A DNA stretch of 64,000 bases from Bigelowiella natans CCMP2755 (GCA_000320545.1 ADNK01001701.1:62001-126000); one strand, 5' to 3'; positions 40,966-55,511 are shown, counted from the stretch's first letter. Made by a program: numbers and translations. The notes: generated by a model from the sequence alone, not told the origin.

Positions 40966-43514
40966 ATGTAAGCACAGTCGTTTTCATAGCCTTTAGAATG
41001 ACACTTGAAGTGACTTATTTGACTTATTCTACTTAGGAGACCTAGCTACGACTTAACCGGTAATATCCTTTACGCGTTGTTTCTGGGATTATACATTTTC
41101 CTTGGACTGATGGCGGGGCTTCAGCTCTTTCGCTTAGCAAGGTATAAGTTTCCTTTGATCTTTAGTGAGTTTGTGCCAATTAATCCATGCACTAAATTTG
41201 TGAGTTGGATACCAACTGTGGAATATTACATTTTACACCTGAAGGTGCGGGAAATGGCGAAATTTTATCGGCACAATTCACCTCTCTGTGATTATAATAA
41301 GCCTCTTTCGGGTATATCGACATATATGAGAGTTCAATTCTAAGCTAAATCAGTCACCACTCGCACACTCATACACAGAGAGAGAGAGGGGGGGGGGGGG
41401 GGGGGGGAGAGGGGGGATGGAGAGAAAGGCAGCCTAACAGCACAAACCATGTTTTCAAGTACAAACGCATGCCTGATATAAATCGTGGGTAAAAAAGATT
41501 TTCAGCTTCATTGTGCTCCTCAACCGATCAATTTTCACTGTCTCTGTTTGGATGGATTTGGTATTCTTTGCGGTCCCGTTCACCCTCCTCTACACGGTGA
41601 TAGAAGAATCATCAAACTTGAATCTTTTTGCTGAAATGTTTTTGCATTGTATCATCGTTGGGTTACATTAGTTTCTTCTTCTCCTCCTCCTCCTCCTCAT
41701 CCTTTCTTGTTTTAGATCTATACCATTATTTTTCTTTCCTGGTTGAAAGAGGTAAGAATCAAAATCAAACGCCGCCTTTATACTGCCCATTATCATGTGG
41801 TAAAGATGTGAGTGAAGTGAGCTTTGTATTACTTTTTACATGCTTATTTTCGATTGGTATTTCTCCAAAAGGTTCATTACCGGCGCTACTTGCACTTGAT
41901 GCCATTTCGGACAACGCGCCGAATGTAAAAATACCACATGATACCACATGCATGCTCTGTTACTGGATTGATAGCTGCCCTACTATGGTTGGTTATTAGT
42001 GGATTTGCTTGAACATAACAACAGTATCATTTTGTAATAATTCCATATGCAACAACGATTGATGACAAAAATATATATTTGCTCTGCTACACGAAACTAG
42101 AAAGAGGCCGTCGATGAACAATCAGTACCAATGATTTTTAAATAACGAATTTTATCCCTTTTCTTCCTTCTACAATGTCCTCCTTACTGTATATATGTAT
42201 GTATGTACCACAGGTATTTGGCTGCTTTTGGAATTGGAAATGCTGCACTCTGGGTGTTGATAATGATCATTTTTTTCTCGCTTGAAGGCGGAAGAAGTAG
42301 CAGCTATCTAGAATCTGTGCTTGCGACATCGGTAAATTGAGGGTGTATGATGATGATGATGATGATATGAATTGAATGCGGAAGAGAGAAAGAACTCATA
42401 GGTCTCATCCTTTTTGCAATCAGAGTAGTATTCAGTGATAACTTGATAATATTTGCAACGTTCATAGCTCATCACAACTCGAAGCAACCAACCGCAATGC
42501 TTACCCGCAATTAATCATCGCCAACAAAACTCTAACAAGCCCTTCTCTCTATATATTGTTATCGACGTTAAAAGGTCATTCCAGGCTTCAATATAATCGT
42601 AGCTGCAGTTGGCATGTTATACTCAATGATTCGGTTGGAGATTGTTAACAACAACAGTAGGATGATGTCTGGGATGCTTTCATCATCATCATCCGGCAAC
42701 ATGATGGACTATGGCATGCTCGATCACAACAAAATCAAGAGCTATGAGAAAAAAAATTCTAAGAAGAAGAAGAACGTTGGCGGTGATAATTACCATAAGC
42801 GAAAAGATCAAGAAAAGGGGGGAGATGATGATGCTGTTGTGGATCCTCCTCTTAGCATGAAAAAGCGTGATGTCATCTATGTTGGATTATGCCTTCTAGG
42901 TCGTCACTACTACTAATATTAATATAAAAATAAGTACCATCATTAGCAAAGTAGCTACCAATCGCATGACTCGTCCTTTGAAACTCCTCTACTACTACCG
43001 TTTTCCATTTCTTCGTTATCTGTAATTATATACCATCGTGTTAACAATGCAAATTTTGAACCAAGTCGTCCCCATGAGTCCTATTTCAGTGTTGAATAAT
43101 CTCGCATCATTGTCTAAGTAGTTATGATTGTCCCTCCCTCCCTCCCTCACTCCCTCAGGTGATTCTATCGTTTGGATTTGTTCGGGGTTCATAGGAGCCC
43201 CAGGCAACTACGTGGCGAATGTTGCTGTTACAGCTTCATTAGCCGCCATCGAAGCTGTTACGATGAGCATATCCTTACTACTTTGCCATGATCGGATCTC
43301 GATGATTCTTCAGCTGAATAAAGATCTGTTGATTACCACTGAAAGGGATAGGAGGGGTAAAGAAAGGGAAGAAGCGTGGCAGAGAGGGGGAGGAGGGAAA
43401 TTCTTCGGCAAACAAATGGTGGATGATGCTGATGATGATAGGAAGAATCATCAGAAGAAGGTATATTGGCGACGTGAAGTGATATCTCCCATGTCTGAAG
43501 GGGCTTCTAATAAG

Positions 43515-43547
<33 letters not shown>

Positions 43548-43583
43548 AATAGTAGTAGTCAGATTATATGGTGGTGTTCTAGC

Positions 43584-43620
<37 letters not shown>

Positions 43621-44103
43621 CATATAATGCAAAGAGAGATAGCTACATTTCGAGCTTAGTTACACAAGTCACCTCAACATGCATCCTCACGCATGCGTTT
43701 TAGAATAAGAAGCAAGTTGCATTAATATTTGATTATGATTAACCCCTTGCATCTCATCATCTCTCTTTCTTCCTTCCCAAGGAAAAATATTACTGTTTCG
43801 ACAAGAAGCAGCATTCTCTTGGAAGAAGTGGGGGGGGGGCTTCTTCCTCCTACGTATCTGTTGAAAATAATAATAACAACAGCCACAAGAGGGTGAGTAG
43901 CAGCAGTGTGATACACCACACACGCACATGCACTTACTTACACTTAGTTACAAGTATCTTGTTTTTGCCTTGTAAAATGTCGATAAGAGTAGGGAATGTG
44001 ATTTAAAATCGTAATGTTTGCGTTCCGATGCAATGATAAAAAGAAACAGTGGGAAGATCATAAAATAGCCTATCTCTCTCTCTCTATCTCTCTATCTCTC
44101 TGA

Positions 44104-44143
<40 letters not shown>

Positions 44144-44286
44144 AACATGAAACGTCATATATCGTACAACATTCCAAAAGGCTCCTCCAATTACATTTAC
44201 ACTCAAGTCGCAGGGGTACGCACACACACACACGCACACACACACACGAATACACCTGTACATGAAATTATTTGTGTGTGTACATT

Positions 44287-44340
<54 letters not shown>

Positions 44341-44800
44341 GTGTGTGTGTGTATGTGTGTGTGTGTGTGTGTATGTGTGTTGTGCTGGTGTGTGTTGTGT
44401 GACATGTCAGGGAATTGCACCAAAGAAAACCCATCTTACGGATATTATTTGTTGTTGCTGTGTGGTGTGTGTGCTCGATACTATGGTTCTTCCTCTTACT
44501 ACCATCACCACTACCACTACCACCACCACCACCACCACCAATACGACTACTAGATACCTCCATGACGACATCGGTAGCAGAATCAGCAGTCGAATCGGCA
44601 GTCTTTCAGGTGCTATAGGAGGGGTTTCTCCTATTATGTCACGCCAAGTAACCGCGGCCATGCAACAGCACCAGTCACGCACTCCTTCCCATAGCTTAAT
44701 ATCGTATTCTACATCGTCGAGACTGCATACGCGCGCAAGCCCCACCCATAGTGTATCGTCGAGACGTGAGACAAGGACATCGCCCTCTCCTAGCCTGTAA
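40966..44800 (+). CDS. Multi-pass (about 7 TM) THH1/TOM1/GPR137-like membrane protein
   Basis: MRPSYDLTGNILYALFLGLYIFLGLMAGLQLFRLARCGKWRNFIGTIHLSVIIISLFR followed by further hydrophobic exons and a Ser-rich tail. Internal exon structure partly unresolved; ATG appears split by an intron (AT|G). Confidence 0.5.
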
Positions 44801-44870
44801 GGACATCTTAGAGCAATTAGATTTCAAAGGAGGGGGAATGGATTGTGGACGTCTAAAACTAACGAAAAAT

Positions 44871-44915
<45 letters not shown>

Positions 44916-45239
44916 CAGTTTTCCCCGTGGAATGAAACGTTTAATGTTGGGATGCATCGTCTACCATTATCATCTCTTAGGATCTCGTTGAAGCGGGAGA
45001 ATGCAGGAACTTAAAACTTTTGCCAAACCGCACCATACTACTGAAGTCCCGAAGGATAGCTTCATTGATTTGCATGGCGGGAAGTAGAAGAAGAAGAAAT
45101 GGAAAGAAATGCAACCAAAAAGTGTTCGTACTTCAGCATATATGGTTGAAGCTTCGCGACCGAACTAAATGCGGGTTCTGTTTTCATGAAGCTGCTGCTG
45201 CTGCCAAATGTAACAATGGGCATGACTAGATGTGATGGC

Positions 45240-46560
45240 CAACTTCGTTTAAGTAAAGCTTTATGTCGATCATGGGCGCATGCAACGACAAAAAACTGAG
45301 GAACGATATCATTATTTCGCATTCTTGAATTAGAGCTGGTAGAGCCGCCATTACAGGCATCCAAAGCGCATGTTATTGCATGCACGTTGCATTGCCAAAA
45401 TCTCTGGTCTGGCACAGCAGTCTAGCAGTGTTCGCACGGCGAGCACTAGCTAGAGCACGACTGTCTTGCATTCGAAGTGCAATTCTTGAGCAAGCTAGAG
45501 GGCAAATGTGAGAAAAAAGAGCGATGCAAAGAGAATTGTGCAGTCTGGCGGTGCTTTGTACAGTGATACATCGTAGCTACATAGTGAACAGTCTAGCTAG
45601 CAGTGTTAGTGATCACAATGGAAATGGTATAAACTCAGCTATGCTTTATTAGTCGCAGGAAGGATGCCTGCAGATATATCTGTATATGCATTGGTTCATC
45701 ATTGGTTCATAAGTTGTATAAACTCGCATCGATCTTGCATTGTATTGTTATTTGAAATTGTGAAAAAGAAGCGAGCCTAATTTATTAGAATCATAAAATA
45801 GATCGCTGCGTTTCAATGCAGCGTGCCAACAATTACTTGTATATTGTTAGTGTGTCTTGCACACGGCACCTGCCAGCCTAGTTAGTTAGCATCGCAGCCT
45901 AGCTGCGAGCAATGTGCCCACATGCATGGAGTCAAGTTGTTGCACTACTTGTTTGATGACAACGTACGCGCACACTATAACACGCGCACTTGACAACAAA
46001 AGTAAAGAAGCAGTTTTTCTAGCTTAGCGATTCGCATCGTCGATCGAGCTTCACAAATTGCATGGTAACATTTTGACAATGTGAAGCGCCATCGTGGCAA
46101 ACTAGCAAATCGCGTATATAGCCCAATAAGGCTATATAGAGCGTACCGGGTTTTAGGCACATATGTTCCCTGAGACATATGTGGTTCATATATCATATGT
46201 AGCGAAGAACATGTGTGTGGAACTACATATATATGTTCGCACGTGTGTACGCTATATAGCCCTATAAGGCTATATAGACGCGTGTTGCAGTGTAGGCTAG
46301 CAGGCTAGTTTCTGCCGGACCACTAAAGAAGTGGTATCCATCACCTGCCGCAGGCGTGCACATCCTTGGTGCTCCAGCACTTGGCTGTTTGCGGTGTTCG
46401 ATGTGGCATGTGGTCGAATTTGAGATTTATGCTGCAGTGGAAGTGCAAACTGCACACGATGCATGTGCATGCACATGCACACGTATCGTACGTGTCAGGG
46501 CGCGCACATCGCAGCACTAGAGCGGACTTCAGATTATTGTCCATGTCAGTACTTGACACT
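45240..46560. other. TpA-reduced, CTAG-rich intergenic island 6 (patchy)
   Basis: tgca/gcac/ctagctag-rich tracts at about 45340-45620 and 46290-46560. Confidence 0.65.
46111..46282. repeat. ~170-bp element with hairpin arms (MITE-like)
   Basis: tatatagccc(a/t)ataaggctatataga at 46115-46140 and 46253-46278, with inverted flanks cgcg..gcgtac / gtacgc..cgcg. Confidence 0.6.
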
Positions 46561-46590
46561 TACACGTGTGGTTGCACACACATTCATTAC

Positions 46591-48581
46591 TCATATGGAG
46601 CCACTGCTGATGTCTGGCTTAGCCCCGTCTGATTCAAACCCTTGCTGGGTCATCCTTGCTATTTTGCGGCCCCTCTGCCCAAACATGAAGTACAACGGTA
46701 CCGTGACCGTCGTTGTGAAGATAAATGAGAATACGAAGAAACCAAAATTTAGTAGAGATGCGCAATCTTTGAGGTAAGAAACGACGTCGTATACAACGCT
46801 GCTGCCGATTCCATTTATAGACTTTGGAAGATAGCTGTATGCGACCACAACTGCGTTCTGACTCCGGTTATATTCCCCCGATCCTGTTACTTTTCCGTAC
46901 AAAGGTCCAGGAAATTGTGCCACTGGGTTAAATGTGCCCTCGTGTTTCACTTTTCCAAACTCTGTCTTGCTCCTTAAATGTAAAAGATATGAGTAACCAT
47001 ACATTGGTACAATAGAGTACTCGTATAATGATAGCTCGTGCAAGCTCTCCACAAAATCCGAATCATCGGTTCTGAGAAAAACCGAGAACATATAGCACGG
47101 ATATGAAGCTTGAAAGGACCCAGTAATGTAGCTGTCTTGTAGCGTAAAATTTTTGAATATAACAGTCCCAATAACCTCACTTGGATAGTGTACTTGTTCA
47201 GCTTTTTTAGGTAGTATGGTAGATGGGAATCCTTTCAGTCCATTTCCCTCAAATACCTTGCATACGTCACAGTTTCCACCCATCATCAGCATCAATATCA
47301 TGCTCATCATCATCCTGATAACTTTTTACGGGTTGAGGAGTATACCCGTATTCCCACTATTTACACCACCATTACTATTATTTGTCCATAAAAATTTATC
47401 ATCGCATCAGAATATCCACGATAATGAAATCAGAAGACACGGTCAAGTAGTCTCATAATAAAGTATAATTAAAACAGAAATTATACATAATATATATTTT
47501 AATGCATCAATATTATATATGTATATAATATATATTATATAGAACAACCTGAAGTTGCCACACGCGTAGAGTTTGATTTACAGCGGCGGCTGAGGGAATT
47601 TTGTATTCTGTGTAGTCGAGAGGTGTCGTATAATTTACACCTGATTCCGTATTCGCGGAATATGTTCGTGCTACATACGGGACTGGGCATTCTCCGCCTC
47701 CAAGCAATCTGTCAAAGATCAAAGTAAATTTTAAACAGGATGGGGGTTCTGAGAAAAGATCTATAATACACGAAGCCACGGTCACATACAGAATGAGCTT
47801 CCATGCAATTATAAAATGGCAATTTTCTGTCGGGATTGATTGCATTTAGTTTTTAGACACGTACGTGTTGTATTTTCCTTGCGCGAGAAAAACCGAAAAT
47901 TTCTCAAAATTATCACCAGCCTTCAACTGCCAAAAATAAATACAAAATCATTTGATTACTATCGAGTAACAATGTGGATTATTTTAGGCTGTCCGTAAAA
48001 CTACCACATTTGTTCTTCATTCATAATTATTATCCTTGCCACCATCCTTATCATCATCATAACCGTGATCATGATCATCGTCATCGATATTATTACACTT
48101 TTTCCACCTGCTTGAATGAGTACGTGAGTGCGGTCTGGCCAACATCCCTCGACAGCGTCACCGCTACTGTGATTCCTATTGCTAGGAGAATGCTTACAGC
48201 ACTTACTGCCAAAAACCACTCAAGTTTTGTGTCTAGCCAAAAATGGGACAATAATTTCGTTCTATAGTATGAGAAGGAGTATAGAGTGGGAAAGTTGGAG
48301 GACAGGGGAGCATCATCGAGGATAGCTCCTTTTTGTTCACCAACTCGCAGTCGCTCTTCAATGATCTTGTCGAGCATCTCTAAGAACAAGGGGTCCTCCT
48401 TCAGCTTTTTCAGTTTTTCTTCGACGCTGATCTCGATGATGTTGTTTTCTCCCGACTGAGATGATGATCCCAGATCATCTTTACTCATGGCGTAAGAACT
48501 CATTTTAAAGGACCTGGACTTCTCTTCCTCCCCATTCTCATTGTCCATGGAACCCATCCGCTTGTATGATGATGATGCCAT
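46591..48581 (-). CDS. Two-TM membrane protein with a large extracellular loop (channel-like topology)
   Basis: TM1 WFLAVSAVSILLAIGITVAVTL, a loop with N-glycosylation sequons, TM2 ASLLNFGFFVFSFIFTTTVTVPLYFMF; several GT-AG introns. Confidence 0.65.
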
Positions 48582-49094
48582 AGCACCTCCTCACCTCGCC
48601 AGTGGTATCCGTCTTCCAAATATGGTTCGTCTCCTCCTTTTGTTTTGTTTGCCGTCTTCTTTCCCCCTCCTCCTTTCCTCCTCCTCTGTCTCTTCGTCTT
48701 CCTTCTCTTCCGTTTCCGCCACGGTCACAATGGATGACAGCAGCAGTAACGGCACAAGGGCCAAAAATACATAAAAATGCCCTACAACTTCTTCATGCGT
48801 CATGAAAATAATAATCTCACTACCGGTACGTAGACTAATGAGAGATATTTTGCAACGTTCTATGACTATTATGATACTTCTACGATGTATCTCCCATGGA
48901 TTATTATCTAGTTTGAAAGAGATTCGGAGGAGAAAAGAAGAAAGAATATAAGATATGCTTCGATGTTTCACAGATAAAATCTTATTTCTGGTGGAAAATG
49001 AGAGGATTGAAATCGAAGGAGGAGGAAAGAAGAAAGATATTTTGTTTATTATGTTGAGATAAACATCCGATAAATTATTGTCTGAAAGGAAATA

Positions 49095-50845
49095 ATGAAA
49101 AACAGAACAATAAGAATGGGGTGGAGGTGGTTGTTTCGATCAAATTCAAGACAAGAAATTGGGGGCGGAGGAGGAGGAGGACTCGTTCGTCGATGCCTTT
49201 CACTTAGGTCTACACTAATCAACTAACTTTAAATACCTGTCCAAAGTATGATAGAGAGTGTTGAAGGAGGAAGAAGGGGAGGGGAGGAGATGTGGAGATG
49301 ACAACTCGCCCCTTTTTGTAGGATTCGACGAGGGGTGATTCTTTGTCCAACCCCTGCTCTATCACAATCGAGGATGATCGCTACACATGGAGCCACAGCC
49401 AAATTCTGCTCTTTGTCTTCATCATCTTCCTCATCTTCTTCGTCAGCTCTATTCGCTTTGCCCAGGCGCCAATTGAGCAGCTGCTCCTCCGACCACCATT
49501 TAAATGGAGATTCGTCATCAGCACATGAAGTCAGCAAGGACGGCAGAGAAGTATGTTATTATGAGTTGAAATGCTAAAATCATCTAGGTTCACCACATGT
49601 TCCTGCTGTTAATTGATATGTTTTCCTCCCATGAATCTTCTTCTGCGCACTACCTTTGTTCCCTTCCCTTCTGACTGGTTTTTATTTAATGATACCATCT
49701 TCACCATTTTTCAATTTTCTTCTGGCTGCTACAAAAATATTAATGTGTGCGTTTGTTTGTTTGTGTATTCAATTCGTGCTTTCTCTAATGATCAGACGCG
49801 TGTTTGGTGGAGACGGCAACCAAAAACTGCTCTTTTAGTTAAGAAGTTTCGAGATCCTTTAGTGACGCACAAAGCGATTGAGGTATTGCAAACCGCAAAC
49901 CTAGTGACATTTCTCCATGAATACTAGCCGATGGGTGACAAATTTTTGCTCGACTATCCTCCCCCCTCATTACGCCGCTTACACAGGTTGCAAATTATCT
50001 ATCTTCTAGAGGAATCTGTGTCGTAGTTGACAGTTGGCGGAACGCACGTAGGAGCAAACTCGCCGCCGCTTAACGATCATTCTTGATAATATCTAAATAA
50101 TGTAAACGCCAACCTTAGTTGGCGATTCTGCTTGAATGCCCTTGAGACAGAATAAAATCCATGGTTAAATTTCGAGCAACTACTTTTCAAATCTTGTGTG
50201 CCCTCTTGGTGGTATGTATGATAGATTGGAATTGGCGATGATATTAAACCTTGTATAATATGTGTGTGTGTTTGTGTGGTTGTATTTATATCTGTTTGTG
50301 TGTGTGTGTGTTACTACGCTGCTGTTACTGTAGTAGTGGTAATAGCCGTAGTCGTGGTACATTCTCGTCAGTTCTTCAATTGATTATAAGAACAACACAC
50401 ATATAGTGGATATGGAAGATCGATACAAAGTTGTAAATCCGCGCTCTGAGGATGCTCGAATTGATTTGGTTAGTATTACTTATTTCTTATTATCATCATT
50501 ATTACTATTTTAGTTTTGAATATAGTTAGTAGAAAGTTCTTCTTACTACGTACGTAGTAACATGGTGCTTGTAATCCTTAACAAGTATACTTCTACAACA
50601 ACATTCACATACTGTCAAACGCTGCATATCGCTGCTAGTACCTCATTCTTTTGACTTATTTACAATTTTAAGCATTGCTTTATTGGCCTTAATGTGTGTG
50701 TTACTGAGAAGGTGTCTTTGTTGTTGTTGTTGTTGTTGTTGTTGTGTGTATGATTTTTATAGGTTATATGCCTTGGAGGTGACGGAACAATACTACACGC
50801 AAATAGCATCCTCAACACACTCAAGGACCACGTGAAAGGAATTCA

Positions 50846-50876
<31 letters not shown>

Positions 50877-51446
50877 CGTGGTAGTCGTCAGATAATTGAT
50901 TGAGGAGGAAGAACACAGGGCAAAGTACTACTACATACATACATACATATGTTGTATGTATGTATGTATGTATGTATGTGAAAGCAGCAGGAAAAATAGC
51001 CGGAGTCTCTTCTTCCATTATATGTTTATTCATTCATTAGTTCGTAGTATTTTCAGTCATGCATTATATGTTTATTCATTCATTAGTTCGTAGTATTTTC
51101 AGTCATGAAAGCAGCAGCTACTTCATCATCATCATCATCTTCTTCTTCTTGTTCTTCTTGTTCTTCTTCTTGTTGTTAGATCTACCTCCTGTAATTAGTT
51201 TTGCGATGGGTTCCCTAGGGTTCCTCACACCTTTTTCTGCTAGTGACTGGTTTCCAACACTTGAACATGTAAGATGATGATGATCATGATGATGATCATG
51301 ATGATGATCATGATGATGTAATTGGTATGATCACTATTGATATTGTAATATGTACTACTACTACTACTACTCCTCCTCCTCCCCCTCATCCTCTTTCATC
51401 ATCCCTCCCCCCTCTGCATTATTCCAAACTGATGATAAATTAGACG

Positions 51447-51477
<31 letters not shown>

Positions 51478-51690
51478 CTTAGGTCCCTCTTTCGCTTTTT
51501 CTTCTTCTTGTTTTTCTCCCTTCTACTCTACTCCTCTCTTCTTCTATCAGATATTGGGTGCAAAAACCGAGGAGGAAGGAGTGCATTGCAGCATGCGAAC
51601 ACGATTGATATGCACTGTGGGTGTTGTTATTGTTGTTTGTGGTGGTGCAGTATATTGCAGCATGCGAACATGATTGATATGCACTTTGGG

Positions 51691-51727
<37 letters not shown>

Positions 51728-52486
51728 CGTGGTGGTGGTGCTGTATATTGCAGCATGCGAACATGTTTGATATGCACAGTGTTTGGTCACTTGCTGCAGC
51801 TGCTGCTACTACTGCTGTGTTTCACCATCACCATGTCCCCTCCCACTCCCTTTTTGTTGGTAAAGATATATTCATTTAGTGAATAAACAAACGATGATAG
51901 CAGCATATTAGTTCTCGTGTGGGTATGCATTACTTATTTTTATTGAATGTAGTCACAAGAAGATGGGAAACAGCATTGTGTCTTGAATGATATTGTTATC
52001 AGCAGAGGAGTATCTCCAAGGTGATGATGATGATGATGATCATGATGATGATGATGATGAGAAGGAGGATAATTAAGATGATGATGATGATGATAATGAC
52101 GAAAAGCATGTCGCAGTTGGTGGAAGTTGTATTTTTTAAAAAATAAATTCCCCATTATCTACTATATTCACTGACTATTATTTTTGAGTTTGGTATTGAG
52201 ATCTACACTGGCAGTCTTACACGTCGTCGTTTTGTTCGAGTGAATGATTCTTTTATTATCTTCTCAATAAATTAAATCCGTATTGACTATTTGTTGATCT
52301 CCTCCTCCTCCTCTTTTCTTCTTCCATATGATGTTTGATGTAGCTTATGCAAATTGGTGGTCCACGTAGACAATCAACCGGTGAGAGAGCTGCTACTATT
52401 GACTGCTACGACTGCTACGACTGCTAATAGTAGTACAGCTACTACGATCACGACTACTAATTCTAATAGTACAGCTGCTGCTGATG

Positions 52487-52518
<32 letters not shown>

Positions 52519-53272
52519 GCTAGCACACAGTGATTAGATCCCTGTATTGCTGATATTTGTGATAATCAATCAGAAGTATGCTGCTATGATATCAATCCAA
52601 TCTCTCTCTCTATACACTAGGTGGCGTTATTCCAATCAGATGGACTCATAATATCAACACCATCCGGCAGCACTGCATACAGGTTTTATGCCCGATTAAG
52701 AGTACCTTTAATAGTTATAGTTGTTGTAGTAATAATATTACGGGAGAAGAATGCTATCATTGAAGGAGTTTCAGCAGGACAAACATCATCTAGGGATGAT
52801 GGTTATCATTGTTTTATTACTACTTCTGCCACACGAATCGATCGATACCGTAGTTGTTATCATTGTTATATTACTACTTCTGCCGCACGAATCGATCGAT
52901 ACCGTAGTTGTTGTTGTAGCCACCATCTGTGCCAACACGCAACCAAACAACTAGGAAATATATAATAGCTAGTTATCATCATCTTTTATTGTTGTTCTCA
53001 GCTTGAGCGCTGGCGGTTCCATGATTGCACCATCAGTTAATTGCACGCTTTTGACACCAATCGCCCCTCATTCGTTGTCTTCGCGGCCAATCGGTACTAT
53101 TGCGACCAGTACCAAATCCACAGTTTATGTGTGTATGTGTATGTGTGTTTGTGTTTCTACAAAATAATTTCCTTCCTCCTTTTAAAGGCGTATCGTCGGA
53201 TTCTAATATTTCCGTCAGCATACCTACAACAGCTAGAGCGGGAGGTATTGATGGATTCCACATAAACTTCTA

Positions 53273-53310
<38 letters not shown>

Positions 53311-53883
53311 CCTCACTCCATCTATTTGATAGCAGAAAAGGTCAAGTATGTAGGGTATATGCAGCATGTGTTGTTTACGAATTAGTGTGGTCAATTGATA
53401 GAAAAAAAACTTAGTAGGCAAGTAGTAGCAACAACTAACTACTCAGCGCATAATGATGGTGATGTGACTCTATCTTAGCATTCGCTACATTTGATGGGCA
53501 AGAACCCATGATAGAGCTTCCAATCGGAGATACACTCCAAATCCACAAGGTACACACTAAGAAGAGAAGATAAATGCGTTTGCAATGGCTGGTGTGTGTT
53601 TCTGTTTGTGTATGGGGGGGGGGGGGGGGGATACCTAGGTTGTTATTCTTTCCTTGATTTCTTCGTGTTAACTGCTCAGTGCCCCTTGAGCTTACCTCTG
53701 ATGACGCGTCATCGCCTCGATTTTGAATGGTTTCAAAGCCTGACAACGAAGGTAAAAAGAATGATGATAAGAAAGCAAATAGGCCAGAATGACTTCACAT
53801 TTACTATTATTAACTGCATTGTCTTATCTTTGTTTATCATACAGCTTGGATGGAATACGCGAGTCGAGCAAAAACCATTGTAA
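49095..53883 (+). CDS. NADK: NAD(H) kinase with Arg/Ser-rich, mitochondrial-presequence-like N-terminus
   Basis: VICLGGDGTILH, PPVISFAMGSLGFLTPF, VLND, DGLIISTPSGSTAYSLSAGGS, TPIAPHSLSSRPI, FDG, WFQSLTTKLGWNTR. Confidence 0.93.
51582..51783 (+). repeat. Three tandem copies of a NADK exon end plus donor region
   Basis: ttgcagcatgcgaaca(c/t)g(a/t)ttgatatgcac occurs three times, separated by GTT/GGT repeats. Confidence 0.85.
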
Positions 53884-53935
53884 GATAGATTCATATATGC
53901 ATCGTTGTATCTGTGTGTGGGATATTTATGTTATA

Positions 53936-53976
<41 letters not shown>

Positions 53977-54399
53977 ATCCCATCACACAGCGTGTCATTA
54001 TGTTTTTACAAACTGTATGTTTATTTGTGGTGCATTTTCAATGTATATGATATCTTCCCTGGTGTATCATTTTTTACCAGTGTTCATTTCGGCCATTTTG
54101 TTACCCCTTACGGATTTTCTATTGTAGATTCAAATAGGAGAAGAGATTTAGAAATATGTATATTTTAATAGATACCCTGGACACGAAATCGATCGAAGTT
54201 ATAACAGCATGCCTCTGCCGTCATCGCCAAATCCTAAAATTGTTCCTGGTGATGCAACGAGTGCGGATTTCCCTCCTATTCAGTCACGGTGGAGGCGATA
54301 TTGATTGCTTCATAAGTAGTAGTAACTGCTGCTCAAATGTACCTATAAAAAGCGGTTCATTGGGTATCGGTATGAAGATGTAATTTACTATTAAAAAGG

Positions 54400-55200
54400 A
54401 TATCAACGTGCATGTGTGAATTGATCGTGATTAATATGATGAGCATGTACGTACGCATCCGTGTCTCAAACCACAAGCGATACAACCTTCTTTTGGTTTC
54501 AGCTAAACCAACAGTCATCATCCAAGGCTGCCCTGTTTACATTTACAAATGGCCTTGAGCATTAGCATGTCTAAATGTATGTTTCATTCAACAGTAGCGG
54601 ATGCAAAACACATACACTAGATGCATAGCATTTGATTTGTCCATGTAGTTACAACCCATGCCCAAATTTGTTTGCAATTTTGACACTCGTTACGCTGATC
54701 ATGCATGCATGCTGGCCTGGTTAAAACAATCTCACACATTCTTTCATTGGCGCTACGCACTAGCTTGCGCTTGCTCACTTTCGCGGCAACGTTGCGGGCT
54801 GCGCACATTCACGCTCAAGTGCAAGCTATAACATGTGTTGCAATATTTAGGGCGCGGTAAAATTTTAATGAGCAAGAGCGACAATTCAGAAAATGTCTAA
54901 TACGATTTGCATAAAAGTGGTGCTATAAATTGTCTCAAATACTCTTGGTTCATGCAGTTTTCGCGCGCGCAAGTGCAACTTCTGTCGATACAATGCTTTC
55001 ATCATGGCTTTCAACACATTTGGTGTGTGCACAGCTCGTAAATTTTCATCAAACTGAACACATTTGAAATGACAGCTTGTCACTTTGTCAAAAAGAACGA
55101 AAAATAAACTTTTAGGCCAAAATTGGCCAATTCACACCGCAAAATCTTCTGAAAAGTCATAAAAATGCATGAATGCATGGCTAAACTTTGCCTTGCTAGC
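54400..55200. other. TpA-reduced intergenic island 7 (moderate)
   Basis: tgcatgcatgc, gcgcgcgc and ctag-containing tract between convergent 3' ends; TA reduced but not absent. Confidence 0.55.
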
Positions 55201-55431
55201 TTCCTTTTAGATTTCCCGCACCAAATTGGTCCATTGGCTTTTGATAACCTAATTTATTACAAGTTACGAAGCTGTTGATATGCAACGTAGCACGGTTGTT
55301 TTTGGTCTTCAAATCAATTTATAAATTATGCGAGGTTGTATTAGGGTTTGCTTTCGCTGTATTTTATTTACCGTGGCAACTTTCTTATCGTAATTTTCTT
55401 GTGCTGTTGAATTAAAATGACGACTTTTATA

Positions 55432-55482
<51 letters not shown>

Positions 55483-55511
55483 TGGCTTTTCAATCTACGA
55501 AGATATATATA

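Noticed and set aside
44070-44563. ORFs made of CVCV, ERER, YIYI or poly-residue runs (also elsewhere)
   Set aside because: Translations of intronic microsatellites.
51582-51783. CRISPR-like repeat-spacer pattern
   Set aside because: Eukaryotic intron; repeats copy the exon end, spacers are simple repeats, and there are no cas genes.
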